A stretch of DNA of 64,000 nt. Origin: Chloroflexota bacterium (GTDB taxonomy: Bacteria > Chloroflexota > UBA11872 > VXOZ01). This document shows positions 27,225 through 37,229 of the stretch, piece by piece. A program made the translations under genes and the position numbers. The notes beneath the pieces are model-generated. The model searched no databases, had not been told where the DNA came from, and saw only the letters and a program-made list of their open reading frames with translations. How positions within the stretch are numbered: the first letter of the stretch is position 1; every line of letters starts with the position of its first letter. The stretch is from assembly GCA_963663275.1 (NCBI GenBank), contig OY760183.1:640001-704000 (forward strand), written 5' to 3'.

Positions 27225-27441
27225 GGCGGGGGACAAGCCCCCGCGCTACAGTCAGTTCACATCTTTCAGGCTTCGTTCGGTTTGCCAGTCAAGATTGACA
27301 CCGTAGCGCCGTTCGTCCTGAGCCTGTCGAAGGATGAACGGCGCGGGCCTTGTATCCCAGAAACGATCCAATCAGCCGGTTTACCGTTAATCCAAAGCTC
27401 GCGCGTTTCTCACAATGGCGGGGGACAAGCCCCCGCGCTAC
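27225..27441. repeat. REP-C x2 and an H-family hairpin (27306-27344) between rpmI and rplT
   Basis: REP-C at 27225-27249 and 27417-27441; CCGTTCGTCCTGAGCCTGTCGAAGGATGAACGG. Confidence 0.85.
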
Positions 27442-27470
27442 GGCTACTCCGGCGGCATTGAGCAAAATGC

Positions 27471-27677
27471 TTACTTTATGCCGGCGCCCGGCAAAAGGCT
27501 CTTTACGCGCTTCCGTTCGCCGTCGGGCGATTCGTAATACCGCGCCGCCATGCGCAGCGTGCGCGGTTGCTTCTTGCGGCGCAGGTGGTTCATGCTGCCT
27601 TTCGGCCGCATCAATTTACCGGTCCCGCTCACCTTAAAGCGCTTGCGCGTGCTCTTGTGCGTCTTCATTTTGGGCAC
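27471..27677 (-). CDS. rpmI: 50S ribosomal protein L35
   Basis: PKMKTHK...KRFKVSGTGK...H...KK; GTG start after GAGGTG. Confidence 0.95.
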   Translation of the reverse strand: MPKMKTHKSTRKRFKVSGTGKLMRPKGSMNHLRRKKQPRTLRMAARYYESPDGERKRVKSLLPGAGIK

Positions 27678-27816
27678 GAGTCTATCACCTCGCTTCACTG
27701 AGGAATCGTTTGCTATGGTATCATAGACAGGGCAATGCGCACAACCGCCTGTCGCCCCGCGCATATTCCACGCCTAACCTCGCGTACACCCGTCATGCTG
27801 ATGCAGGAAGCACGCC

Positions 27817-29808
27817 ATGCCCCCGTTTCAATTGGTCACCGAGCTTGAGCCGCGCGGCGACCAGCCGGAAGCCATCGGCCAACTCGTCGACGGCTGCCAG
27901 GCCGCGTATCCGTTCCAGACCCTGCTTGGCGTCACCGGTTCCGGCAAGACCCTCACCATGGCGCGGGTCATCCAGGCGATCCAGAAGCCCGCGCTCGTCC
28001 TCGCGCCCAATAAGACCCTGGCCGCCCAACTCTTCTCCGAGTTTCGCGACTTCTTCCCAGAAAACGCCGTCGAATACTTCGTCTCCTACTACGACTACTA
28101 CCAGCCCGAGGCCTACATTCCCCGCACGGACACCTACATCGAAAAAGACTCCGACATCAACGAGGAAGTCGAAAAACTCCGGCTCTCGGCCACGCGCTCG
28201 CTGCTGGAGCGGCCGGACGTCATCATCGTCGCCAGCGTCTCCTGCATCTACGGCATGGGCTCGCCCCACGACTACGGGCAAGTGGTCGTGCCGCTGCGCG
28301 TCGGCGAGCAGTACCGCCGCCAGAACGTGTTGCGCCGCCTGAACGACATCCAGTACGAGCGCAACAACGTGGACTTCAAGCGGGGCACCTACCGCGTCAA
28401 GGGCGACGTGCTCGACATCTATCCGGCCTACGGCGACACCGCGATCCGCATCGACTTCTTTGGCGACGAGGTGGACCGCATCATCGAGATCGACCCGCTC
28501 ACCGGCGAGATACTCGACAACCGGCAAGCGATCAACATCTATCCCGCCAGCCACTTCGTGACGCCGGTGGAACGCATGGAAGCGGCCGTCAAGAGCATCG
28601 AGGCCGAACTCGACGAACACGTCGAAATCCTGCAGCGCCAGGACAAACTGCTGGAAACCCAGCGCCTGCTCCAACGCACTCGCTTCGACCTGGAGATGCT
28701 GCGCGAGACCGGCCACTGCAAGGGCATCGAGAACTACAGCCGCCACCTGGACGGCCGCAACGCCGGCGATCCCTCGTGGACGCTGCTGGACTACTTTCCC
28801 AAAGACTTTCTGATGTTCATCGACGAATCCCACGTGGCCGTGCCCCAACTGCGCGGCATGTACGCCGGCGACCGCTCCCGCAAGCAGGTGCTGGTGGACT
28901 ACGGTTTTCGCCTGCCGAGCGCGCTCGACAACCGGCCGCTCATGTTCCAGGAACTCGAACAGCGGCTCAACCAGGTGATCTTCGTCTCCGCCACGCCGAG
29001 CATGTACGAGCGCGAACGGAGCAGCCAGGTGGTGGAACAGATCATCCGTCCTACCGGCCTGGTGGATCCCTCGATCGAGATTCAACCCACCACCGGGCAG
29101 ATCGACCATCTTGTCGGTGAAATCCGCCGGCGGGTGGCGCAGCGCGAGCGCGTGCTGGTGACCACGCTGACCAAGCGCATGGCGGAGCAACTGGCCGAGT
29201 ACCTGAACGAAATCGGCATAAAAGTCCACTACCTCCACTCGGAGATCGATACCCTGGAGCGCGTGGAGATCCTGCGCGACCTGCGCTTGGGCGTGTACGA
29301 CGTGGTGGTGGGCATCAACCTGCTGCGCGAAGGCCTGGACCTGCCGGAAGTCTCGCTGGTGGCAATCCTGGACGCGGATAAAGAGGGCTACCTGCGCAGC
29401 GAGACCTCGCTGGTGCAGACCATCGGGCGGGCCGCGCGCCACATCCACGGCCACGTGGTGCTCTACGCCGATAACGTTACCGATTCCATGCGCCGCGCCA
29501 TCGACGAGACCTACCGCCGCCGCGATAAGCAAGTGGCCTTCAACGATCAACACGGCATCCAACCGGAGAGCGTGCACAAGGCGATACGCGACATTACCGA
29601 TACCATCCGCGCCGTGGCGGAAGAGGAATCAAGCTACCAGACGGAGCACAAGCCGCTCTCGGCCAAAGAGGCAACCAAACTCATCAAGGAACTGGAAAAG
29701 CAGATGCGCAAGGCGGCGAGAGAACTGGACTTCGAACGCGCCGCACTGCTGCGCGACCAAATCCGCGACATCCGCGCCGGCCAAGAGGAAGTGATGATCG
29801 CCGAGTAG
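27817..29808 (+). CDS. uvrB: Excinuclease ABC subunit B
   Basis: [37 protein letters not shown]-terminal UVR domain. Confidence 0.98.
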   Translation: MPPFQLVTELEPRGDQPEAIGQLVDGCQAAYPFQTLLGVTGSGKTLTMARVIQAIQKPALVLAPNKTLAAQLFSEFRDFFPENAVEYFVSYYDYYQPEAYIPRTDTYIEKDSDINEEVEKLRLSATRSLLERPDVIIVASVSCIYGMGSPHDYGQVVVPLRVGEQYRRQNVLRRLNDIQYERNNVDFKRGTYRVKGDVLDIYPAYGDTAIRIDFFGDEVDRIIEIDPLTGEILDNRQAINIYPASHFVTPVERMEAAVKSIEAELDEHVEILQRQDKLLETQRLLQRTRFDLEMLRETGHCKGIENYSRHLDGRNAGDPSWTLLDYFPKDFLMFIDESHVAVPQLRGMYAGDRSRKQVLVDYGFRLPSALDNRPLMFQELEQRLNQVIFVSATPSMYERERSSQVVEQIIRPTGLVDPSIEIQPTTGQIDHLVGEIRRRVAQRERVLVTTLTKRMAEQLAEYLNEIGIKVHYLHSEIDTLERVEILRDLRLGVYDVVVGINLLREGLDLPEVSLVAILDADKEGYLRSETSLVQTIGRAARHIHGHVVLYADNVTDSMRRAIDETYRRRDKQVAFNDQHGIQPESVHKAIRDITDTIRAVAEEESSYQTEHKPLSAKEATKLIKELEKQMRKAARELDFERAALLRDQIRDIRAGQEEVMIAE

Positions 29809-29860
29809 GACGACACGGCCGTGTTCCCTTTCCCTCGGGAGGCCGCGTTCCCTCTCCCTG

Positions 29861-30064
29861 GGAGACCTTTGCAAAATCTCGCTGAGAGGCGAACAGTTCC
29901 CTCTCCTGGGGGAGAGGGTTAGGGTGAGGGGAGACTGTGCGGCAAGTCGTGCCTGAATCTTGCGGAATGGGGGCCGAACCGACGAGGATTCCCCCTCACC
30001 CCGGCCCTCTCCCCAGGGAGAGGGAGTTTCAATACGCGCCGACCGGGGTTACGCAAAGGTCTCC
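29861..30064. mobile_element. GGAGACCTTTGCA-ended MITE, ~204-bp variant carrying D-family hairpins
   Basis: TIRs GGAGACCTTTGC / GCAAAGGTCTCC; interior homologous to 43982-44258. Confidence 0.75.
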
Positions 30065-30177
30065 CTCGGGAGAGAGCAGGAGCATCCTTTCGAAAGAGCG
30101 ATAATGTCCCCTCTCCCTGGGGAGAGGGTTAGGGTGAGGGGAAATTCAGCGCCGAGGCACACAAGAGGGCAAGTAGC

Positions 30178-31305
30178 ATGAGCAAGAAGATATTCGACGC
30201 GGAGGACATAGCCGCGGTGACGCGGGTGTTGGAGTCCGGTGTGCTCAGCGCCGGGCCGGAGGCGGCGGCGTTGGAGGAAGAGTTCGCGGCGGCGCTGGGG
30301 GCGGAGCACGCTATCGCCTGCAACGCGGCCATGGGTGGGCTGCACGCGGCGCTGTGGGCGGTGGGGGTTGGCGCGGGTGACGAGGTGGTGTGCGACCCGT
30401 TGGTGCTCTTTGGCGGCCTGGCGGTACTCTACACCGGGGCTTTGCCGGTATTCGCGGACGTGGACGCGCACACGCACAACATGGACCCCGCCTCGCTCGC
30501 CGAGCGCATCACGCCGCGCACGAAAGCCATCATCGTCACCCATCACTGGGGCGAACCGGCGGACATGGCGGGCATTCTGGCGGTGGCGGACGCGCACAAG
30601 CTGCCCGTGATCGAGGATTGCGCCCACGTCCTCTTTGGCCAGTGGCAGGGCCGCAACGCGGGCACGCTGGGGTCAGTGGGCGTCTTCAGCTTTCAATCGT
30701 CGAAGCACCTGAGCACCGGCGACGGCGGTATCGCGGTCACGAACGATCCGTATCTGGCCGACCAAGTGCGCGCCATCGTTACGTTCGGCGCTGCGCCGGT
30801 GCGGCTGGCGCACAACTTCCGCATGACCGAAATGACCGCCGCCGTGGCGCGCACGCAGTTGCGCCGCGCCCCCGGCTACGTGGCGGAAGACCGCGCCAGC
30901 GCGCAACGCTACGCGCGGGCCGCGGAAGGCTGCGCGTGGCTCAAGCCCCAGGAAGCGAGCGCGGAGAGCGTCCACTCCTACCATCTTTGGGTAGCGGCCT
31001 TCGCGCCGCAGGACAACGGCCCGGCCCAGGAGGACTTCCAAGCGGCGTGCGTCGCAGAGGAAGCGAACTTCAGCTTCGGCTACGTCGGCGTGCCGGCCTA
31101 CCTGCACCCGGTCTTCAGCTTGGGCGGGTCGTATGGCGTAAGCCGCGCGCCGCAGACGCAGCCGCTCCCCTATAGGCGGGGTTGGTGTCCGGTGGCGGAA
31201 TCCCTGATGCCGCGCCTCATGATCACCGGCATCAGCGCCCGCGACGACGACTTCCACCGCCGCAACGCCGCCGCGCTCCACCGGGCTATTCAACGCCTCT
31301 CTTGA
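30178..31305 (+). CDS. DegT/DnrJ/EryC1/StrS PLP aminotransferase
   Basis: IEDCAH, FSFQSSKHLSTGDGG, NFRMTE. Confidence 0.9.
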   Translation: MSKKIFDAEDIAAVTRVLESGVLSAGPEAAALEEEFAAALGAEHAIACNAAMGGLHAALWAVGVGAGDEVVCDPLVLFGGLAVLYTGALPVFADVDAHTHNMDPASLAERITPRTKAIIVTHHWGEPADMAGILAVADAHKLPVIEDCAHVLFGQWQGRNAGTLGSVGVFSFQSSKHLSTGDGGIAVTNDPYLADQVRAIVTFGAAPVRLAHNFRMTEMTAAVARTQLRRAPGYVAEDRASAQRYARAAEGCAWLKPQEASAESVHSYHLWVAAFAPQDNGPAQEDFQAACVAEEANFSFGYVGVPAYLHPVFSLGGSYGVSRAPQTQPLPYRRGWCPVAESLMPRLMITGISARDDDFHRRNAAALHRAIQRLS

Positions 31306-31537
31306 ACGGACACCGCGGCTTAGGGCCCAGGGGTTGCGGCAGCGCCGGCAAAGCGCGGGAGGATTGCTTCTCGATAGCGCGCCCGCAGCGCGTCGGCACG
31401 CCTTCCCGGATATACTAGAGGGTAGAGTCTTCGCATGGCGCGCGGGGCGCTGTCCCGTCTTGCGCGGGGCGGCGGCGCAGAGAGCGGTCCCGGCGCGCGC
31501 CGTGTGCTTCATACACAGCAGAAAGGCAAGGCGCGAA

Positions 31538-31882
31538 ATGTCCGTTTTCATGACCCAGTTTTCCTACACCGTTGAAACCTGGAAGCAACTGGCCGACCAT
31601 CCGGAAGACCGGCGGAACGCCATCGAGCCGGTGCTGGCGAGCGTCGGCGGGCGGCTGATTGGGGTGTGGTACGCCTTTGGCGAATACGACGGCGTTGTGA
31701 TCTTCGAAGCGCCCGATAGCGCGTCCGCCGCGGCCGCGGTCATTGCCGCCATTGGACCGGGGCACGTCAAGTCGGTCAAGACCACGCCGCTGCTCACCAC
31801 GGCGGAGATGCAGGCCGCGCTGGGCAAGACCACGTCGATAGCCGAGAGTTCAGGATACGACCGGCCGGGCGGGTCGGCGTAG
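31538..31882 (+). CDS. GYD-domain protein
   Basis: PEDRR...GG.L..WYAFGEYD.V.I.EAPD. Confidence 0.8.
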   Translation: MSVFMTQFSYTVETWKQLADHPEDRRNAIEPVLASVGGRLIGVWYAFGEYDGVVIFEAPDSASAAAAVIAAIGPGHVKSVKTTPLLTTAEMQAALGKTTSIAESSGYDRPGGSA

Positions 31883-31946
31883 CCGCCGGACGACCGGACG
31901 TTACGGCATTCGAGCGAGGCGGTAAAGGAGCAAAAGAGGAATAGGC

Positions 31947-33113
31947 ATGTTGGACATTCCGCGCATCCGAGAGGACTTTCCGGCGCTGCAGCACGGCATC
32001 TATCTCCACACGGCCGGCATCGGGATGAACGCCCGGCCGGTGCTGGATGAAGTGACGGGCCGCTGGCAGTTCTTCTTTCAGAACGGCCCGTGGCTGCAGA
32101 GCCGCCGCGACGAGCGCTTTCTGCACAAGCAACGCACGCGCGAGGCCTTGGCGCGCTTCTTCAACGTGCCCGCCGCTACGATTACGATGATGAACAACGT
32201 CTCCAACACCATCAGCATGGTGGTTTCCGGCCTGCCGCTGGCCCCGGGCGACGAGATCATCACCAGCAATGAGGAGGACGACGCGCTCTGGCTGCCGCTC
32301 TACAACATCGCGCGCAAACGCTACGGCGCGGTGGTCCGCCACATGCCGGTGGCTGCGACGCCGGCGGAGAATCTGGCCAATTTCACGGCGCTGCTCTCGC
32401 CCCGCACCAAGCTGGTCGCCCTGAGCCACGTGACGCAGGATCGGGGCACGGAACTGCCGGTGGCGGAGATGACCCGCCTGGCCCGCGAACAGGGCGCGTT
32501 CGTCTACCTGGACGGCGGCCAAGCCGTGGGCCAACTCGCGGTGGACGTCAGCGCCATCGACCCGGACTTCTACGCCGTGCTGGGCTACAAGTGGATGCTG
32601 GGCCCCTACGGCAGCGGCTGCTTCTACGTGGCCGAACGGATGCGCGACGTGCTGGAAATGTCGTGGACCGGCAGCCACGTGGCGCGGCATATCGACTTCG
32701 ATACCGGCGCGATCGACTGGGAGGACTATCCCCGGCGGCTGGAATGGGGCTCGGTGAACTTTCCCACTATGGCGGGCCTGGGCGCGGCCGTGGAGTATCT
32801 GGAAGGGCACGGCATCGCGGCCATCGAGGAGCGCGGCAAACGCCTCTCACGGTGGCTGCGCGCCGAATTGCTGAAGCAACCGAAGGTAGTCTGCTACGAG
32901 CCGGAACACCCGCAGGCCCATACGTCGATCGTGGCCTACGGCGTGAAAGGCGTAACGGGCGCCGACCTGGCCGCCTACCTGCACGAGAACGAGGTCTGGT
33001 GCCGCGCGCTGATGCACGACGGCATGGAGGGCGTGCGCCTCTGCACGGCCTTCATCAATAGCGAGGAAGAGATAGAGCGCGCGATTGAGATCATGGCCGC
33101 CATGCCGCGCTGA
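31947..33113 (+). CDS. Class V PLP aminotransferase (cysteine desulfurase/lyase-like)
   Basis: REDFPAL, LSHV, DGGQAVG, GYKWMLGP.G.G. Confidence 0.88.
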   Translation: MLDIPRIREDFPALQHGIYLHTAGIGMNARPVLDEVTGRWQFFFQNGPWLQSRRDERFLHKQRTREALARFFNVPAATITMMNNVSNTISMVVSGLPLAPGDEIITSNEEDDALWLPLYNIARKRYGAVVRHMPVAATPAENLANFTALLSPRTKLVALSHVTQDRGTELPVAEMTRLAREQGAFVYLDGGQAVGQLAVDVSAIDPDFYAVLGYKWMLGPYGSGCFYVAERMRDVLEMSWTGSHVARHIDFDTGAIDWEDYPRRLEWGSVNFPTMAGLGAAVEYLEGHGIAAIEERGKRLSRWLRAELLKQPKVVCYEPEHPQAHTSIVAYGVKGVTGADLAAYLHENEVWCRALMHDGMEGVRLCTAFINSEEEIERAIEIMAAMPR

Positions 33114-33227
33114 GGGCGGCGGAGATTCCCTCTCCCTGGGGAGAGGGTTAGGGTGAGGGGAGAATCCTGCCGTCGCGCCTATTGGTGGAAGCGAGGCGAT
33201 TGCATTGATCGTCTCACGTCACTCTGG

Positions 33228-33568
33228 GCGCAGGTTACAAACCTGCGCTACCGGAAAAAGGTGTCGTCTGAGAGCGCCTTGATCGCTGTAGCGCGGGGGC
33301 TTGTCCCCCGCCGGATTGTCCGCTCTTTACGCCAAGAAGCGGGGGACAAGCCCCCGCGCTACGGTAGTACGACAGCGTTGGGGGCAAATTCCCGTGCTAC
33401 GTTAGTATGACAACGTTGAGGACAAGCTCCCGCGCTACGGTAGTACGACAGCGTTGGGGGCAAATTCCCGCGCTACGTTAATGCGACAGCGTTGAGGACA
33501 AGCCCCCACGCTACGTTCCGACTTGGACGTCATTGCGCGTGTAGGGGCGGTTCGCGAACCGCCCCTAC
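33228..33568. repeat. REP-G, inverted REP-C pair, 5x 38-bp array with alternating monomers, REP-B (33541-33568)
   Basis: GCTAC ends at 33362, 33400, 33438, 33476, 33514. Confidence 0.9.
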
Positions 33569-34893
33569 GTTTCATGCGGCCAGATGCGCACCGTGCCGTA
33601 GCGCCCATCGAACCCCGGTTCCACCACAATGTCGCCGCCGCGCATACGCCCGACGCCATCGGCAATGCGTTCGCCGGCCGCTTCCGCGATCGCGGTCAAA
33701 GGCGTTTCCAGCAGCACGTCGAGTTCCGCGCCGAGGGTGTCGGTCAGGCTCGTGTAGGCGCGGGCGACGGTCTTGGTGCGCTCGCCCACGCCGAGGGCTT
33801 CGGCCAGGATCTGCGCCAGCGGGACCACGCGCTTGAAGGGTGGGCGTCCATCCGTCCCATGCAGAAAACCTTGCTCATTAGCTATCACAAAAGATTCCGG
33901 ACGGGTGGCTAGCGCCTCCACGCGCTCCAACACACCCACCGTGAGCGCGCGGCCGCAGACGGGGCACGTCGTACCGCGCGCTTGCGTCTCCGCCGGCAGG
34001 TAGCGCACGTTGCAGGCGCGGTGCCCGGTGGCGTGGTACTTGCCCTCCTCCGGATAGTATTCCAGCGTGTAGGCGATGCGTTCCGCTCTGAGGGCCGCGG
34101 TAAGCCCGTCGAACGTCAGCGGCCCCTGGAAGGCGGTCACCTCGCGCCCCAGATTCCGCAGCGAATGCGCGTCTGAGAACGAGACGATGCTGCGCCCGTC
34201 GGCGTCCGGCACGCGCCAATTCATCGCCGGATCGCTGGATAAGCCCGTTTCCAGAGCGGGAATCGCTGGTGCCAGGCCGCCAAAGCACTCTTCCAGCGAA
34301 TCGAAACCGGACTTGGAGCCAAAGAGCGCGTACCACGGCGTCCAGGCGTGGGCCGGAATGATGAGGCTGCGCGGGTCTATCTCGAGAATCGCGGCCGCTA
34401 GTTCCCGCGCGTGCAGGGCGATGAGCGGACGCCCGTCCCCGGCCAGCTTTGCGCCGGCGCGCTCCAGGAAGCGGCAGAGCTTTTCGACCGCCGCGAAACC
34501 CGGCACGTACACCAGCAGATGCATGCGGCGGCCTCTACCCGCGTGCTTGAAGACGCAGGAAAGTTCCGTGCCCAGGATGAAGCGGACGCCCCCGTAGCTG
34601 AAGAGGTCGCCCGCGGCGGGTTGCAGCGTCTCTCGCAGGTGGGCGCGCCAGGCCGGATGGGTGAAGTCGGCGGCGGCCAGCAGTTGGATGCCTTTTCGCC
34701 GCGCCCACTGCGCCAGCGCGGGAACGGTGATGTCGTTCGCCGTGCCCTGGGCATACGACGAGTGCAGGTGCAGGTCGGCCCGGTAGCTTGCCGGCTGGGA
34801 TTCAGCGTTGCGCGTGTCTGCGGCGGTGTCCGGCGCGTACTGCGCAAACCGGGAGTCTTGGCGCAATGGTGTCGGCGGCGCGTCACGCGCCAT
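33565..34893 (-). CDS. Endonuclease Q family (PHP domain with Zn ribbon)
   Basis: ADLHLHS, ADFTHP, PAHAWTPW, ETGLSSD, FSDAHS, PEEGKYH.GHR.C, CPVCG, PGFDG.YG. Confidence 0.9.
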   Translation of the reverse strand: MARDAPPTPLRQDSRFAQYAPDTAADTRNAESQPASYRADLHLHSSYAQGTANDITVPALAQWARRKGIQLLAAADFTHPAWRAHLRETLQPAAGDLFSYGGVRFILGTELSCVFKHAGRGRRMHLLVYVPGFAAVEKLCRFLERAGAKLAGDGRPLIALHARELAAAILEIDPRSLIIPAHAWTPWYALFGSKSGFDSLEECFGGLAPAIPALETGLSSDPAMNWRVPDADGRSIVSFSDAHSLRNLGREVTAFQGPLTFDGLTAALRAERIAYTLEYYPEEGKYHATGHRACNVRYLPAETQARGTTCPVCGRALTVGVLERVEALATRPESFVIANEQGFLHGTDGRPPFKRVVPLAQILAEALGVGERTKTVARAYTSLTDTLGAELDVLLETPLTAIAEAAGERIADGVGRMRGGDIVVEPGFDGRYGTVRIWPHET

Positions 34894-34928
34894 AGTATCC
34901 TGACTCGCTCGTCATGGGTTGTTTGGCG

Positions 34929-35417
34929 TTACTGTTGGCTTTCCTGCGCGGCTAGCTCGGCGCGAATGAACAGGTAGGCTTGCAGACAGGCCAGTTCGGG
35001 CGTTTCCGCCACCACGTCCGCGATGCGGCGGCTCACCTCGTCGAAGCAGATGCAGGCAAAGTCGCCCTGATAGCAATCCAGGACGGTGTGCGGCGAGACC
35101 GCGTTCAGCAACGCCAGGAGTTGGTCGAGACGCGGCAGCCAGCAGACGGTACGCGCGGTAGTGAGGGCGTCAGCGTTTGCCGCCTGGGCCTCATCGAGAA
35201 GACGCGGGGCGTCGTCCTGCAACGTCCAATCGCCGGCGGCCGGCTGCCAGTGCGCGGCCAACTCTCTGCGCGCCGCGCGGCAGCGTTGCACGTAGGCCGG
35301 TGGAAATGGTTGGAGATTGTGCGGTTCGGCTTCGGGCGTCACGACACTGCGCCGCTCCACGCGCGGTAAATGCGGAGTATTGGACTGCTGCCGAGGCGGC
35401 GCTACCCAGTGTATCAT
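34929..35417 (-). CDS. Hypothetical protein (start uncertain)
   Basis: WQP..GDW and WLPRLDQL motifs; co-oriented with the endonuclease Q gene. Confidence 0.55.
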   Translation of the reverse strand: MIHWVAPPRQQSNTPHLPRVERRSVVTPEAEPHNLQPFPPAYVQRCRAARRELAAHWQPAAGDWTLQDDAPRLLDEAQAANADALTTARTVCWLPRLDQLLALLNAVSPHTVLDCYQGDFACICFDEVSRRIADVVAETPELACLQAYLFIRAELAAQESQQ

Positions 35418-35498
35418 GGAGAGGACGGACGATGACGGGCCGGCTGCGGTCTGATTTCATGATAGTCACGGCGCAGGCCGCAAACCGGGACCGCGGCG

Positions 35499-35526
35499 GT
35501 AGGGGCGGTTCGCGAACCGCCCCTAC
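35499..35526. repeat. REP-B perfect palindrome GTAGGGGCGGTTCGCGAACCGCCCCTAC
   Basis: Identical to 33541-33568. Confidence 0.92.
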
Positions 35527-35597
35527 GCGGATGGATTTGCGGGAATGACGGACTCGCTGTGGTCTATTCTCTATGGTAATGACGATGGGATAACACC

Positions 35598-36926
35598 ATG
35601 AACAGCAACTCAGACGCGCTCGTTTCGGAGCGTTGGCAGACGTGGGTGAAGGTGGGCGCGCTCGCGCTGGCGGTTGCGCTTTGCCTTTTTCTCGTGAGCG
35701 CCTGCGGCGGTGACGACGAACCGGAACCGCCCGTGCCCACGCCCATTATCGCCACGGCCGTCCCCGCGCCAACGGCAGCCGCGACGGCGCCGGAGCCGGC
35801 GGCCAAGCCCGCGCCCACCGCGGCGCCCGCGTCCACCGTTACCACGCCCGTGCCGCCCGCGGCAGGCGCGTACGGTCTTGAGCAAGTTGGTACGGGTTTC
35901 GCGCGTCCGCTCTACCTCACCTACGCGCCCGGCGACACCGCCGATAGGCTCTTCATCGTGGAACAGAACGGCACGATCGCCATTCTCAGAGACGGTCGCC
36001 GCCAGGAGCCGCTCTTCCTCGACATACGCTCGCGCGTCGGCGCCAGCGCCAACGAGCAGGGCCTCCTCAGCATGGCGTTCGACCCCGACTACGCGGCCAA
36101 AGGTATCTTCTACGTCTACTACACCGACAAGGGCGGGAGCACGGTGGTGGCTCGCTACCGCGTCTCCGCTGGCAACCCGGACGTGGCGGCCGTTGACAGC
36201 GAAGAGGTGCTGCTGCGGGTCGGCCAGCCTTACGGCAATCACAACGGCGGCCAGATCAAGTTCGGCCCGGACGGCTATCTCTACGCCGCCCTGGGTGACG
36301 GCGGCTCCGGCGGCGACCCGCTCGGCCACGGGCAGAACCTGGGCACGCTGCTGGGCACGCTGCTGCGCATCGACGTGCGTACCGGCGGCGCTTACGTTGT
36401 GCCCGCGGATAATCCGTTTGTGGGGCAGGAGGGCGCGCGGCCGGAAATCTGGGCCTGGGGCCTGCGCAACGCCTGGCGCTTCTCCTTCGACCGCGCTACC
36501 GGCGATATCTTCATCGCCGACGTGGGACAGAACAAGTGGGAAGAGGTGCACTTCCAGCCGGCCGCCAGCGCCGGCGGCGAGAACTACGGCTGGAACCGCT
36601 TCGAGGGCAACGAACCCTACGGCCGCGGCGGTTCGCGTGAAGGGATGGTCTTCCCGATTGCGGTCTATGGCCGCAGCGAGGGCTGCTCGGTGACCGGCGG
36701 CTACGTCTATCGCGGCCAAAACCTGCCGGACCTCGCCGGCAACTACATCTTCGGCGACTACTGCTCCGGCATCGTCTGGACGCTCACCCCCCAGGCCAAC
36801 GGCGCGTGGCTGCGCACCGTGCTCCTGCAAGCGCCTTCGGAAATCACCTCCTTCGGCGAGGACGCCGCGGGCGAGGTGTACGTGATCATCCGCAACGGCA
36901 CGATCTACCGTATCACAGGGTCGTAG
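35598..36926 (+). CDS. PQQ-dependent sugar (glucose/sorbosone) dehydrogenase lipoprotein
   Basis: Lipobox SAC; EQGLL, NHNGG.I.FGPDG.LY..GDGG, GLRNAWR, DVGQ. Confidence 0.9.
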   Translation: MNSNSDALVSERWQTWVKVGALALAVALCLFLVSACGGDDEPEPPVPTPIIATAVPAPTAAATAPEPAAKPAPTAAPASTVTTPVPPAAGAYGLEQVGTGFARPLYLTYAPGDTADRLFIVEQNGTIAILRDGRRQEPLFLDIRSRVGASANEQGLLSMAFDPDYAAKGIFYVYYTDKGGSTVVARYRVSAGNPDVAAVDSEEVLLRVGQPYGNHNGGQIKFGPDGYLYAALGDGGSGGDPLGHGQNLGTLLGTLLRIDVRTGGAYVVPADNPFVGQEGARPEIWAWGLRNAWRFSFDRATGDIFIADVGQNKWEEVHFQPAASAGGENYGWNRFEGNEPYGRGGSREGMVFPIAVYGRSEGCSVTGGYVYRGQNLPDLAGNYIFGDYCSGIVWTLTPQANGAWLRTVLLQAPSEITSFGEDAAGEVYVIIRNGTIYRITGS

Positions 36927-37190
36927 GGGCACGACACGTCGTGCCTCTACGGCGCGACACCGTTTATCATTGGGCGAGGACGCCGCGGGCGAGGTGTACG
37001 TGATCATCCGCAACGGCACGATCTACCGTATCACAGGGTCGTAGGGGCACGACACGTCGTGCCTCTACGGCGCGACACCGTTTATCATTGGGCGAGGAAG
37101 CCGCTGGCGAGGTGTACGTGATCATCCGCAACGGCACGATCTACCGCATCACAGGGTCGTAGGGGCACGACATGTCGTGCCCCTACGACC
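36855..37190 (+). repeat. ~3x 118-bp tandem repeat: last 68 bp of the dehydrogenase gene + REP-A + 22 bp
   Basis: Units start at 36855, 36973, 37091; REPs at 36923, 37041, 37159. Confidence 0.95.
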
Positions 37191-37229
37191 GCGCGAAAGC
37201 GTTCAGCGCACGTGGGTGGAGCATTCACT

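Noticed and set aside
27780-27800. Possible LexA box upstream of uvrB
   Set aside because: GTAC-N4-GTCA matches GAAC-N4-GTTC too poorly.
36855-37190. Diversity-generating retroelement template/variable repeat pair
   Set aside because: No reverse transcriptase in the window and the few differences are not adenine-specific.
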